DNA from: a virus
Taxonomy: Duplodnaviria; Caudoviricetes
DNA length: 41,179 bases
Virus record (IMG/VR): IMGVR_UViG_3300042347_000838
Span: 1 to 41,179 of that record
Strand: one strand, 5' to 3'
Part shown: positions 1 through 9,809 of the stretch, one piece after another
Position numbering within the stretch: position 1 is the first letter of the stretch
Layout of the letters: every line of letters starts with the position of its first letter
Notes under the pieces: model-generated
Told to the model about the DNA's origin: nothing
What the model saw: only the letters and a program-made list of their open reading frames with translations
Database searches by the model: none
Program-made: the position numbers and the translations under genes

Positions 1-417
1 TTCATTACAAAGATTCACATCAGCACAATCAAACACCCTAAAGGAGATGTCATCCGCGTATTTTTCATCAGACATCACAAATGATTGTGTACGATTACAG
101 ACCTCAAAGTCGGTCTCATTACCGACTATCAACTCACCATCTAGCTCTGCAAATCCACTGAATAATTCTTGCACTTGACGACTCGGAAGAGCTATAAGCG
201 TCCTACTCATACATTGATTCTTGAAGCCCATAGAGGTCTCTTCCAGACCGCCACAGTACGAAAAGCTCTCCACATTCTTTACTACACAGCGAATACCATC
301 CACCTTTGGACTGACAAGCAATGGATATTGTAGCTTCTCGAAGAATGGCAGGTACTTCAGAGGATTCTCTCTTGGCGCAAACATTGGCTGTTTGAAACCA
401 GCTATTGAAATCGTCAT
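1..417 (-). CDS. lig: ATP-dependent DNA ligase, N-terminal part (runs off the window)
   Basis: Not in ORF track; manual translation from ATG 417 gives MTISIAGFKQPMFAP...YPLLVSPKVDGIRC...LDGELIV...FRVFD, i.e. KxDGxR adenylation motif plus motifs III/IIIa; ATGA overlap with upstream ORF. Confidence 0.9.
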   Translation of the reverse strand, partial: MTISIAGFKQPMFAPRENPLKYLPFFEKLQYPLLVSPKVDGIRCVVKNVESFSYCGGLEETSMGFKNQCMSRTLIALPSRQVQELFSGFAELDGELIVGNETDFEVCNRTQSFVMSDEKYADDISFRVFDCADVNLCNE

Positions 418-629
418 TTTACCCAATACTCCGCATTATCTTCCGTGATATAGAAACCGTTATACAACCCCTCCTTGACAGGCTGTCTGAATTGCTCAGG
501 ACGTGTCTTCCAAGTTTTTAGCTTACCATTGAGGCGGATCAGTCTTGGTGCCCCTCCTGAGTCTTTCAGATGAATGTGGTACAAGTATCCAATACCATTC
601 ATTGCGGCTAACTCTTCTTTAGTTACCAT
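414..629 (-). CDS. hypothetical phage protein
   Basis: Likely start MVTKEEL; RLNGKLKTWKTRPEQFRQPVK motif typical of small phage proteins. Confidence 0.55.
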   Translation of the reverse strand: MVTKEELAAMNGIGYLYHIHLKDSGGAPRLIRLNGKLKTWKTRPEQFRQPVKEGLYNGFYITEDNAEYWVK

Positions 630-844
630 TTGTACGCGCCCAATGATAGCATACATTGTGTTCAGGACGCTTTTGAAACATATGGCAATGATGTCCAGGG
701 TTGTCTTTACATTGCGCGCAATTGTTGCAGCTAGCGCCTTCTTCACGCAACTCTTTACGTCTCATGTCGGCTGCCTCCATCACTCGCTCCATGTATCCAT
801 CACGCTTATGAATCGGAAGATCCTCGTCGTTACTCCAGCTATGC

Positions 845-1081
845 TCAGGTACTTGCATCATAATTACAATCAATCCTTTCTACAGATTTGTTTGTGATCG
901 CATCAATGATCAGGTAATAACCAACATACCTCATGCGACCTATCCGATTGAAGAGTGCCTTGTATTGCTCCGTACGCCTATACAAAGTCGCATAAATGAC
1001 GCCTTGCCCATCTAAGTTGCCTAAGATTGGCGTGTCATCTTTTCGGAATGCCTCTATATAGTACTTACGGACCATACACAA
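845..1081 (-). CDS. hypothetical protein
   Basis: ORF in tightly packed minus-strand run. Confidence 0.5.
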   Translation of the reverse strand: MCMVRKYYIEAFRKDDTPILGNLDGQGVIYATLYRRTEQYKALFNRIGRMRYVGYYLIIDAITNKSVERIDCNYDAST

Positions 1082-1182
1082 ATACTCGATTACCCACTAT
1101 CTTTAACCGAATGCCAGCTGATAGCCAGCAGCGGATTGTAGCAGCCGTTATCATCACCGTAGACTTAGGAACTGCCGCAGAT

Positions 1183-1386
1183 CTATGATCCTTCATTATC
1201 TGTCTCCACGGCGCTAGAAATTATTTCCGAGAATGCAGCTTCTATTTCTGCGAGTGTGATCTCAATCGTATCTACCTCGATATGTTCATGGACCGTAAGA
1301 CCTTTTGTTAGGCATTCATGAAGACCTTTTAGATCCAGGTAGGCACATCTTATTGCACTCTTTTGCATCAGTGTAAGATCACACAT
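1183..1386 (-). CDS. hypothetical protein
   Basis: ORF overlapping neighbour in packed run. Confidence 0.5.
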   Translation of the reverse strand: MCDLTLMQKSAIRCAYLDLKGLHECLTKGLTVHEHIEVDTIEITLAEIEAAFSEIISSAVETDNEGS

Positions 1387-1573
1387 CTATGCGCTCCTCT
1401 ACAGCATCCGTTACCGAGGTTACGAATACTGAAGTGGCTTCTAGGATAAATACGCTGCTCTTTGGATAATCATGCGCCAACCTTCTCGCATTAGCCCTGA
1501 CAACCGCTAAGTCCCATATCTGATCAACGACCTTGCCATTATGGTATATCACCCAGAACTTTTTCATAGACAT
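1379..1573 (-). CDS. hypothetical protein, paralogous to C-terminal half of 2642..3031
   Basis: KKFWVI...ARRLAHDYP..VFILEA resembles KKYWMV...ATRLAAANP..FNVLET. Confidence 0.6.
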   Translation of the reverse strand: MSMKKFWVIYHNGKVVDQIWDLAVVRANARRLAHDYPKSSVFILEATSVFVTSVTDAVEERIDV

Positions 1574-2289
1574 GCCTTATTGATGATATCGGTTAGACCA
1601 ATACCGCGTGTCCATGCGTTCAGGATGTTCGGCTTATCCGCAGGCGGCTTGATCGCGGCTGTGACTACGTTATACAAATCCCATACTGTGCTATTGCCAG
1701 GCATGGTGTCCCATGAGGCGAGTGCTCTTGCAAACTGTTGTGTATTTATGACTTCCTTTCGCAGACACTGTAGGAGCAGCGTATCACCATCACGCGGTGT
1801 AATGCAAATGCCCTTGTAGTTTGCGTAATCTTTCTCTTGACGATGTGCCAGCAAGGGTATCTCTGAGATCGCCTCTCGTAGCATAAAGGGCATACGATCA
1901 TTGATATATGTGGTCTGACGTGTCGTAAGCACGATATCGCTCGAGAACGCTAAGTTGTCACATACAAATACTCGCGAACCAACGGCTAAACCCCTCGGCA
2001 GGGACTGGTCGTAGCTTCCACGGATACCGACAGCCAGGGCGAACTCTTTGTTCATCGAGTTTATTTCCATTGCTCCGAAAAACTTAGCAGGGAGGCCCTC
2101 ATTGAAGGTTACTCCAAATGCCTCATCGCAGACTTGTAGACCTTCCTTACCTAGATACTCCTCGATTAAGAGTATGTCATCGATGAATGGACGTATTACA
2201 TGATGCCGACCCATAGGAAGTCCTAGGGGTAGCTCCTTGATTTGCTGTCTTGTCTTGTGCTGCGCTCCTGCATGTAAACATAAACCCAT
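1564..2289 (-). CDS. DUF932/DUF945-family protein
   Basis: GIRGSYDQS...GSRVFVCDNLAF and TVWDLYNVVT motifs. Confidence 0.75.
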   Translation of the reverse strand: MGLCLHAGAQHKTRQQIKELPLGLPMGRHHVIRPFIDDILLIEEYLGKEGLQVCDEAFGVTFNEGLPAKFFGAMEINSMNKEFALAVGIRGSYDQSLPRGLAVGSRVFVCDNLAFSSDIVLTTRQTTYINDRMPFMLREAISEIPLLAHRQEKDYANYKGICITPRDGDTLLLQCLRKEVINTQQFARALASWDTMPGNSTVWDLYNVVTAAIKPPADKPNILNAWTRGIGLTDIINKACL

Positions 2290-2298
2290 TTGAGTCTC

Positions 2299-2505
2299 CT
2301 ATGACTTTTTGCAATCAGGTATGCTGTATGTCCTAAAGGTATTCTCTTTCTCTCTATTAGCGGCCAGCGTGTTTGCAATCTTCTCTTGCGTCTTCAGACA
2401 CTCGAGGTATACATTGTTATTTCGCTCATTATTGACTGAGAGCGCCCATAACATTAACGCAACTGATATGACCACACCGCTTATTGCAATCGAAACTTCC
2501 TTCAT
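2299..2505 (-). CDS. small membrane protein
   Basis: N-terminal hydrophobic helix. Confidence 0.55.
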   Translation of the reverse strand: MKEVSIAISGVVISVALMLWALSVNNERNNNVYLECLKTQEKIANTLAANREKENTFRTYSIPDCKKS

Positions 2506-2641
2506 TGTAAAATCGCCTTATAGAATTCGTCCTTGACTGCGCCAGTGTACTCCGAGGGAAATGCGCCTGAAATGTAGATTGCGGTTCGAATTTCGCCGTA
2601 TAGAACTACAGCGTCCTTAACTAACATCTCGTCGTAACTCA

Positions 2642-3031
2642 TTAGTCAAACGCTATCTGCACTACTTTCGGCAGCTCTGTCTGAAATGCCAGAACCGTCT
2701 CCAGTACGTTAAAGATCATCCCAGGATTGGCTGCAGCGAGTCGTGTTGCTTCTGCAATCGCGCTATTAACGTCCTGGTGTTGTACTGTTCCTGGGTTCTT
2801 TCCGAGGCAATGTACCATCCAATATTTCTTCAAAATAGTTCCCTTTAAAAGATTTTCAAGCTGGCATGTTATAGCCATCTCCGTCCGACCATGATGCGCA
2901 GCGATTATGGCAGTAGAGTAACCCTCTCTATATAGCTGCAATAAACAGCCTCTTTCGGCCCCAGACCAACCGTATCCTTGCCTACTATGACTCGCGTCAT
3001 TCCTAAGACCTCCTGGTAACCAATCTGGCAT
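2642..3031 (-). CDS. two-domain hypothetical protein with HTH-like N-terminus
   Basis: WSGAE..LLQLY.EG.S..IIA..HGRTEMAI Myb/HTH-like pattern; GGAGAGG RBS. Confidence 0.6.
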   Translation of the reverse strand: MPDWLPGGLRNDASHSRQGYGWSGAERGCLLQLYREGYSTAIIAAHHGRTEMAITCQLENLLKGTILKKYWMVHCLGKNPGTVQHQDVNSAIAEATRLAAANPGMIFNVLETVLAFQTELPKVVQIAFD

Positions 3032-3048
3032 AACCTCTCCAATTAATA

Positions 3049-3076
3049 GGCGGATACCCTTGATAGAGTACCCGCC
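3049..3076 (-). terminator. stem-loop, probable terminator after nrdJ
   Basis: GGCGGGTACT/GGTATCCGCC stem followed by AT-rich tail on minus strand. Confidence 0.5.
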
Positions 3077-3198
3077 ATTTTCACAGTTATCTTTCCTGTA
3101 ACATCCTTATAGTCCAAGCTTCATGTGTCCACTTCTTTATAGTTTCTTCTTTTAGCGATACAAGAATTGCTTTAAGCTCGGGCAACATTAAGACTCCT

Positions 3199-5172
3199 TT
3201 ATTTTACAGGACAAACTCCTCCAGCGCACTCATCTGCTGCCTCAAAGACGGCATTCGAAATAGACGAGATTAATCTGGTAGCCTTTACTAAGTCATCATA
3301 CTTTTCCTTTGACACTTCCTCATACGGCGCTTGCACAAAGCCGTGCTCAGAATGCTGAAGGAAGGACAATGTCTTATGGTTACTACGATAATGCTTCGAT
3401 AGGTATTCTTTTATTTCCGGTAGTTCCTCCCTCTTGTAATAGATTGTACAGGAAACCGCATTATCTGACCAGACTTCTTGCATATGCTTAACAGCTTTCA
3501 ACTGGTCAATAGCTGTCACATCAGAAGCAAGTGTAGTCCCCACCGGATACGCAAATGGGAATGTTACAACAACTGTGTTATAGTCATCGCTGCCATCAAG
3601 ATTCTTTTGAAACTCTACAGGATAACCATGCTCTCTACATACTGTTACAAGGTGATGATCACTGGCAATCCGAATACGTCTGAACATGTATTGGGCATAG
3701 CCAGGATGGATTCCTGGAACGACTCCAGGAAGAAGCGAAAGTGTGCCACTTGGCTGTATTGTAGTCAGTTTGATGGATACATTAAATCCATGAAGTTGAC
3801 TGTAGCGTTTATCGTAGTCACGAAGGTGCTCATAGCACTCATCAAGCCATGACATTTGTTCCTTTGAAGCCTGTAGGACACCTGTCAATGAGATGCCCAT
3901 TCTTTGATTCTTCTTCACTACCGCATCTGTTTCAGGATGATGCGCCCTTAATTGCAGTGAGTGCTTATTCACACGATACAGAAGCGTTGCCACATCTAAG
4001 AGTTCTTCTTTTGTCTCTATATTTGGCAGAAAGATTGTTGCAAGACAACACGTTTCGTACGGTTCCAAACTCTGCTCAGCACACGGATTATAGCCTTCGA
4101 TATGAGGATCAGGATACTGCGTCTCTCCTAGCCTGCCACACTTCTTCGAAAGGCGCATGTTGATAAGACCATATGGCTCACCTTTGTTCTCATAGGTGGA
4201 CCAGAAGTAATCGTGCAAGTCTCTGATATCATCACATGCGACTGAGTTATTACTCATCCCTCTCCATGAAGGAATGTTACCTAAAGACCATGTCTTTGCG
4301 AGAAGGAACTCCACGTCATCCGGATCACCAATCGCAATCTGGGCAGACCTGCGGACATTACCGGCGACGATAATATGGCCGATGATATTCATGATGTCAA
4401 GACAATCGATCGGGCGAACCTTCTTACCACTACGCTTAATTAAAATCTCGGAGATCTTTCCGATACCCCATACAAGATCCTCAGGGCCAGATGCGACTCC
4501 TCCAAAGCCTTTAATTGGGGTGCCTTTTCCTCGTACAACTTGAGTGGAATATGTAAACGTACCCTTTTCAGCTCGCTCTGATAGAAATGCAGCTTTAAGA
4601 GTCTTTGCCAAGAATCTGACCCACCCTTCGCGGCTATCTGGGATAATAAAGTCGGCCCCACCGTTGTCAACTCTTGTTGGTGCCTTGAACCACTCTCTGA
4701 CTGCTGGTATCTTTTCAACGTTGTGTCTCTGGATATTGTATCCAACACCTGCTCCTAGTGCTAACATATCCATGCACCAAGTAAATGGCACAATCGGATG
4801 ATTGACAGTTGTGAACGCACAGTTCTGAAGACTTGCAAGACCTAAGCGATCCACAGTCGTCGTCCCTAATTGCCACTTAAATCTACCTGCAACACTCCCT
4901 TTAAGGCTCATCGAGTAATACTTAAGGCGTCTCTCTTCTTCCTTAGTAAAACCACAGTGAAGCTGCTCATCACACGCTCGTATTTCTCTGTCAGTCGTTT
5001 CTTCATACTCCTCAGTACGATCTGTACCTAGCACTTGCCGAGAATATGTACGCTTATACGTAAGGTACCCAACAGAAGACCACGGAGTCTCAATCTTACC
5101 ATTCGTGGGCGGAGTCTGTTGATCTTTTCCTTTTGAGCGCGGACTTTTTGAGCCTCTTTTTGTTGTAGTCAT
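3199..5172 (-). CDS. nrdJ: class II (adenosylcobalamin-dependent) ribonucleotide reductase
   Basis: TYKRTYSR, LQNCAF, VAGNVRRSAQI, NPCAEQSL, ETCCL, TIQPSGT, C-terminal CAGGVCP. Confidence 0.93.
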   Translation of the reverse strand: MTTTKRGSKSPRSKGKDQQTPPTNGKIETPWSSVGYLTYKRTYSRQVLGTDRTEEYEETTDREIRACDEQLHCGFTKEEERRLKYYSMSLKGSVAGRFKWQLGTTTVDRLGLASLQNCAFTTVNHPIVPFTWCMDMLALGAGVGYNIQRHNVEKIPAVREWFKAPTRVDNGGADFIIPDSREGWVRFLAKTLKAAFLSERAEKGTFTYSTQVVRGKGTPIKGFGGVASGPEDLVWGIGKISEILIKRSGKKVRPIDCLDIMNIIGHIIVAGNVRRSAQIAIGDPDDVEFLLAKTWSLGNIPSWRGMSNNSVACDDIRDLHDYFWSTYENKGEPYGLINMRLSKKCGRLGETQYPDPHIEGYNPCAEQSLEPYETCCLATIFLPNIETKEELLDVATLLYRVNKHSLQLRAHHPETDAVVKKNQRMGISLTGVLQASKEQMSWLDECYEHLRDYDKRYSQLHGFNVSIKLTTIQPSGTLSLLPGVVPGIHPGYAQYMFRRIRIASDHHLVTVCREHGYPVEFQKNLDGSDDYNTVVVTFPFAYPVGTTLASDVTAIDQLKAVKHMQEVWSDNAVSCTIYYKREELPEIKEYLSKHYRSNHKTLSFLQHSEHGFVQAPYEEVSKEKYDDLVKATRLISSISNAVFEAADECAGGVCPVK

Positions 5173-5475
5173 TATCTTCCTCAAACTGCGTTATTGTTCC
5201 ATTATAACAGGTACTGCACGTGTACGGTTTCCCCGTATCTTCTTCGATGTCTTCATGCCATCTGTTAAGACATGCTGGACAGATGTTAGTAGACATTCTC
5301 TCTTTCGCTTATCATTCAATCCTCGATGGATAGCATTTCATTTACGAGCTGTTGAAACGACCAGACTGTCAGCGGCACTAGCTTGTCACCTGCCTTCTTA
5401 AACAGTCGCACTTTCTGCTGCTCTGTATCTACAATAAACCGATATTTTTCTCTATCGGTGTTAAAGCCGTGCATT

Positions 5476-7134
5476 TCAGAGATCATCAAAAGATTCTGTT
5501 CCCATGTATTCTGAGGCTGTTAATCTTCCAGTTACATGGTCATAAGTAGCACCAGGTACTGGCCCTGTAAGACCAATTGTTCTTGATTTCAGAACTGACA
5601 TTGCAATTGCATTTCGTGTAGTCTCGTCTGCTGCAGTCATATTTCTACAGAATGCCAGAATGTCAAATGAGATTTGTTTAATCGAGCCTGAGCCTCTGAT
5701 ATCATCCATCGTAGGCATACGACCTTCCTCAAAGGACTTACCGCCGGTCGAGACTTTGCGCAGGTGACTTACAAGACCAACCCAAACAGGGTGACGCTTT
5801 ACAAGCCGTAGCAGGTGATTCATTACAAGGTCAATTGCCTCATTCCCTGTTTTACCTTCAGCACCTTCTGACACTAAGATAGTTACGTGATCAATGAACA
5901 AGTACTCGCATCCAAGCAAAGCCATATACTCAAGCTTCTCTAGCACAGAATCGTCTGAAATAGAGCCTTGGTGATCAAGCACTACTACACGGTCTGATCC
6001 GAACACTTCATCGAAACCAACCTTGAGATCATCATCAGATATCTCTTCATTTGAGGGGTTCCGACTAATAGCCATTGCAGCTAGCTTAATACCAGTCTCA
6101 CCAGGTGACTCTTCGAGCGAGATGATACCAATCTTTGCCTTTGTAGTCTTGATAATATGCAGCATTATCTCACGTAGCAAGGTCGACTTACCGCTACCTG
6201 TTCCACTACAAAACAAGGCGATTTCACCCGGACGCATACCTTTGATCTTACCGTTGACACCCTTCATACAATCAGGGTAGGGTACGCTAGGAACTGAATT
6301 GCGTTCGCTAATTTGTTTCCAGATGTCTTCTTTAGAGATTATACCAGCTGGTGAATATGATGTTGAATCCCAGATTATCTGATTTAACCTTTCAAAGCCT
6401 TCTTTTGTAAAGACATCACTTGCGTCCTTGTGTACACCAGGATTCCATACCTTTACTTTATCCGGACCAATGATCTTAATAGCCTTCTGAGTGGCCTTCT
6501 CACCAGCTTCGTCATTATCCAGACATAACACAACTTCTTTGAAGCTACGAATCCAATCTCGATTTTCCAAGAGTGTCTTCTCTGCTGCCCCTGAAGATGA
6601 TACGCTAACAACAGGGTAGAATTTGCCGTACTTTAAATACGTGGCCTGAGCAACACTGAGTGCATCTAATTCGCCTTCAGTAATGATCAGACGCTTACCG
6701 CCGCCATTAAATTGATCTTTACCGAAGAGACTGTGTACTGCAGGCTCACCAATCCACGTAAATGTCTTCGGGAGTGTTCTGCACTTATAGCCAGTCTCAT
6801 TAGCGTAAGGGTAATAGTGTTTATCAATCTCACCGTCACCTTTGTAGCTAACCTTCACATTGAAAAACTCACATACTAGCTTTGTGATATTTCTCTCTTG
6901 GAAGCCGCGCGCTTTAAACGTTTTGACCTCTGCCAACGCAGCTGCTCGAGACTCTTTACTCTGAACGACTTCAACTTTTGGCGCAATGTGGGGTTCGTTC
7001 GGGTCTTGGTCTTTTTTGAAGAAAGTACTACAAACAAAGCACCATGAGGTTCCTTCTTCATAGATTTGTCTGCCGTCTGAACTCTTACAGTTTGGATTCA
7101 GGCAGGGTTGGTTGTGCGTTACTATCTTTCCCAT
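5476..7134 (-). CDS. T7 gp4-like DNA primase-helicase
   Basis: N-terminal Cys4 zinc ribbon, TOPRIM ITEGELDA and LDNDEAG, Walker A GTGSGKS, FIDH, VSHLRK, DIRGSGSIKQ. Confidence 0.95.
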   Translation of the reverse strand: MGKIVTHNQPCLNPNCKSSDGRQIYEEGTSWCFVCSTFFKKDQDPNEPHIAPKVEVVQSKESRAAALAEVKTFKARGFQERNITKLVCEFFNVKVSYKGDGEIDKHYYPYANETGYKCRTLPKTFTWIGEPAVHSLFGKDQFNGGGKRLIITEGELDALSVAQATYLKYGKFYPVVSVSSSGAAEKTLLENRDWIRSFKEVVLCLDNDEAGEKATQKAIKIIGPDKVKVWNPGVHKDASDVFTKEGFERLNQIIWDSTSYSPAGIISKEDIWKQISERNSVPSVPYPDCMKGVNGKIKGMRPGEIALFCSGTGSGKSTLLREIMLHIIKTTKAKIGIISLEESPGETGIKLAAMAISRNPSNEEISDDDLKVGFDEVFGSDRVVVLDHQGSISDDSVLEKLEYMALLGCEYLFIDHVTILVSEGAEGKTGNEAIDLVMNHLLRLVKRHPVWVGLVSHLRKVSTGGKSFEEGRMPTMDDIRGSGSIKQISFDILAFCRNMTAADETTRNAIAMSVLKSRTIGLTGPVPGATYDHVTGRLTASEYMGTESFDDL

Positions 7135-7294
7135 TAGAAATGCTCATAAAGAATTGTGCTAAGAACATCAATGAGATGCCCATCAGCAGAGTATCAGAGG
7201 ACTCTGGATTTGCTTTTGCAAATGCTACAAATGCGCCCTGAATCAGCAGGCTAAGACCTACTAATCCTAAGAGGACACCTATAAACTTAAACAT
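7085..7294 (-). CDS. small two-TM membrane protein
   Basis: Two hydrophobic segments. Confidence 0.5.
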   Translation of the reverse strand: MFKFIGVLLGLVGLSLLIQGAFVAFAKANPESSDTLLMGISLMFLAQFFMSISNGKDSNAQPTLPESKL

Positions 7295-7922
7295 CTGTTA
7301 TTTCCTTCCTTGGTTTATCTGCACCAACCATTTGCATTGCCTTTGCTAGACGCTGCTTATGGCGTTCTGTTATCGGCTCCTTGACCGCCCAAGACACCTT
7401 GTTGATCAAGAGATTATACCACTTGTCTTGTCGATAAGGCGCTTCTACATGTAATAGCGACCATGATTCGGCGTAGCTCAGTGTGCCCTTGCTGTGATAC
7501 TGCTCAATGGCAATAAATTCAAAACCTTCTTTGCCAAAGTTCTTGACTGATGCACTCAATTCTTTGCTGGACGAGATATACCATCGCCAGTTCATATCAG
7601 TCTGTTGTCGGCGAACAGTCCCTTCTACTTTCTTAAGAGTAGTAAAGTTCTTCTTACCTAAATAAATCTTATTAGCATTGTTGTCTACGATAACGTAGAT
7701 AAATCCAATGAAACCTTTTCCGCCGAGATCTTCAGGGAAATCCCAGTGCCCATTACCTCTGTAATCTCTTGCATCTACACGCGAATTGGCCTTACCTTCC
7801 AGACTAACTACGCTACGAACTCGCTGAGTAACCACAGGAACAACATTAAGAGGCTTGTGGGTATAGCCAACAAGGTCATCAGGTAGCTTAAACTTTGGTT
7901 TCTCCTTATCACTCTCATCCAT
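7287..7922 (-). CDS. GIY-YIG-family endonuclease
   Basis: GFIYVIVD..NKIYLGKK and WRWYISSS motifs, C-terminal WYN. Confidence 0.75.
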   Translation of the reverse strand: MDESDKEKPKFKLPDDLVGYTHKPLNVVPVVTQRVRSVVSLEGKANSRVDARDYRGNGHWDFPEDLGGKGFIGFIYVIVDNNANKIYLGKKNFTTLKKVEGTVRRQQTDMNWRWYISSSKELSASVKNFGKEGFEFIAIEQYHSKGTLSYAESWSLLHVEAPYRQDKWYNLLINKVSWAVKEPITERHKQRLAKAMQMVGADKPRKEITDV

Positions 7923-7937
7923 AGTCCTCCTTCAACT

Positions 7938-7963
7938 GCTACCGCACCCGAAGGCACGGTAGC
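7938..7963 (-). other. 11-bp C(UUCG)G hairpin between NAMPT-like and GIY-YIG genes
   Basis: GCTACCGTGCC-TTCG-GGTGCGGTAGC; no U-tract, so stabiliser or processing site rather than classic terminator. Confidence 0.6.
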
Positions 7964-7970
7964 GAGTCTG

Positions 7971-9437
7971 TTACATTAAGCGTGCACGAATATCCTCGAA
8001 TGGTGTCCTGCGAAGCAACTTTCCATCCTCGAATACAATCTTCAACTCGCCAAGCGCCTCTTCCTCTGGCGTCTGGTTGTCATAGAGCACGTACTCACCG
8101 TTCAGCAGCTCCACCCTTAACAGCCCTTTGGCAGACTTCTTTATGCCGTCGTCTGTCTTTGGATTCTTAAAGATGTCCCTGCGAACATTGTTTACAGAGC
8201 CTGACGTGGACTTGATAGCAGCACCAAGACTGTCACGAGTGCTGTAATTGTATGTGTATGAACCGATGCCGAACACACAGTTACAGCTTGCATAGCCCAT
8301 ATCCTCAAGATTAGAGAGGATCTGATAGGCACGTCTAGGAGTAATAGAATCTCCGTAAATAAGACCGACGTGCTTGTCCAGAACCATATAACCAGCTTCG
8401 GTCATAGTGGTTCCGAAACGCTCTGCAAGAATCCGTACAGCGCCTTTCCACTCATTGCTCCCTACAGGTGCTTTTGGATCACCGCAGATGATCTTCACAG
8501 GGTCACCAGAGTCAGGCCTGAACACAACCTTTCCGTCGCGAGCCATGATCTCTTCTTTCAGTGATGGCGCTGTTACTGCAATCACACTCCAGAAGTCCCA
8601 TGTATCAGAGACGATTGACACGATACCTGATGGATACACTTCGGTAATAAGACGCTTGATAGTCTCGCGTTCACCGGCCTCTTCACCCAAGCACATTACT
8701 GAGTGCTCAGTTGCAGGTACACTTCCACCAAGCAGTCCCTTCGCATTGTAGAAGTACTCAATTGCGTCGAGAGCTGTCACTGTATCCGTTCCGTAGAACG
8801 AGGTCAAGTGCGCAGTGCCAGTCATTGCCGCATCCACAATACCCGACATGCCACGCATCGAGAAGTCATGCCCTTGCCAATCCACAAAGTCCAGCGGTGC
8901 TCCTGTGCGTATTGCGAACGTCTTGAAAATCTGACGATAGTGATTCGCTATCGTGGCATTCAACATCTTTTTCCACAGCTCCGAAGATAGAGCCGACTCG
9001 ACATAGTTCGTGAGCCAGTAGAAAGACGAAATAGTCTCCCTAATCGTAAACACAGGAATTCCTGGATTCACTTTAACACCCTCCGGCAGCGCCTTGATTC
9101 TCAGCGGAATATAGCCAAGCTTGTGCAAAGCAGCTATGTGTTCAACTTTGAAATCACAGAACAGCGATGTGTCCATTCTGTTCTTGTACGCCGGAACAAC
9201 CTCCTCAGCTGGCATATTGAAGAACGTATCATTGAACATCTCGATGAGATAGTAGATAATCAGCATCTCGAGGCCATAAAACACGAACTTCCCGTCATAC
9301 ATGCTCCGTTCCACGTTCATGTGTTTGTCACTTCTTGGCGTGAAGTTGGAGTATACACCCGTCGTACCCTTAGGGTACTGAAAGATGTGGCCCGACTTGT
9401 AGAAGTCTATGGCGTTTATTGCTTTTACTTTAAACAT
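7971..9437 (-). CDS. nadV: nicotinamide phosphoribosyltransferase-like protein (candidate Namat of NARP1)
   Basis: DFYKSGH, HDFSMRG, SVPATEHSVM, SIVSDTWD, FRPDSGDP, IYGDSIT, KKSAKG. Confidence 0.93.
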   Translation of the reverse strand: MFKVKAINAIDFYKSGHIFQYPKGTTGVYSNFTPRSDKHMNVERSMYDGKFVFYGLEMLIIYYLIEMFNDTFFNMPAEEVVPAYKNRMDTSLFCDFKVEHIAALHKLGYIPLRIKALPEGVKVNPGIPVFTIRETISSFYWLTNYVESALSSELWKKMLNATIANHYRQIFKTFAIRTGAPLDFVDWQGHDFSMRGMSGIVDAAMTGTAHLTSFYGTDTVTALDAIEYFYNAKGLLGGSVPATEHSVMCLGEEAGERETIKRLITEVYPSGIVSIVSDTWDFWSVIAVTAPSLKEEIMARDGKVVFRPDSGDPVKIICGDPKAPVGSNEWKGAVRILAERFGTTMTEAGYMVLDKHVGLIYGDSITPRRAYQILSNLEDMGYASCNCVFGIGSYTYNYSTRDSLGAAIKSTSGSVNNVRRDIFKNPKTDDGIKKSAKGLLRVELLNGEYVLYDNQTPEEEALGELKIVFEDGKLLRRTPFEDIRARLM

Positions 9438-9491
9438 TTTGATACCTTTCTTAACAGAAAGTTTTGTGAGCACTTTAATATTGGCAGCTCA

Positions 9492-9809
9492 CTACTCCAC
9501 ATATGAAACCTTTATACCATTCTTATGGCAAAAGTCTAATTCTTCTTTCACACCTCTTGATACAGACCAACCCTCCAGCTTGAGTAGATGCATTTCATCG
9601 CACCGCTTCAAGAGATCCAGCGAAAGATCACCCCAGAATGCAAAGTCGTTAGGCAACTCATGAAGCTTCACGACTGGATGAAAGAACATCGGAGTGATAC
9701 AGTGTTTACCAACTTGCATTAGCTTTGCTGCATATGCGTATACGGCAAACATTCGAGTCTCAATTACGACAGGATATGGACTGTAGTAAGGTGCTGCTAT
9801 GTAAATCAT
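9492..9809 (-). CDS. DUF1937-like protein (nucleoside deoxyribosyltransferase-like fold)
   Basis: MIYIAAPY...LLKRCDEMHLLKLEGWSVSRGVKEE. Confidence 0.75.
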   Translation of the reverse strand: MIYIAAPYYSPYPVVIETRMFAVYAYAAKLMQVGKHCITPMFFHPVVKLHELPNDFAFWGDLSLDLLKRCDEMHLLKLEGWSVSRGVKEELDFCHKNGIKVSYVE

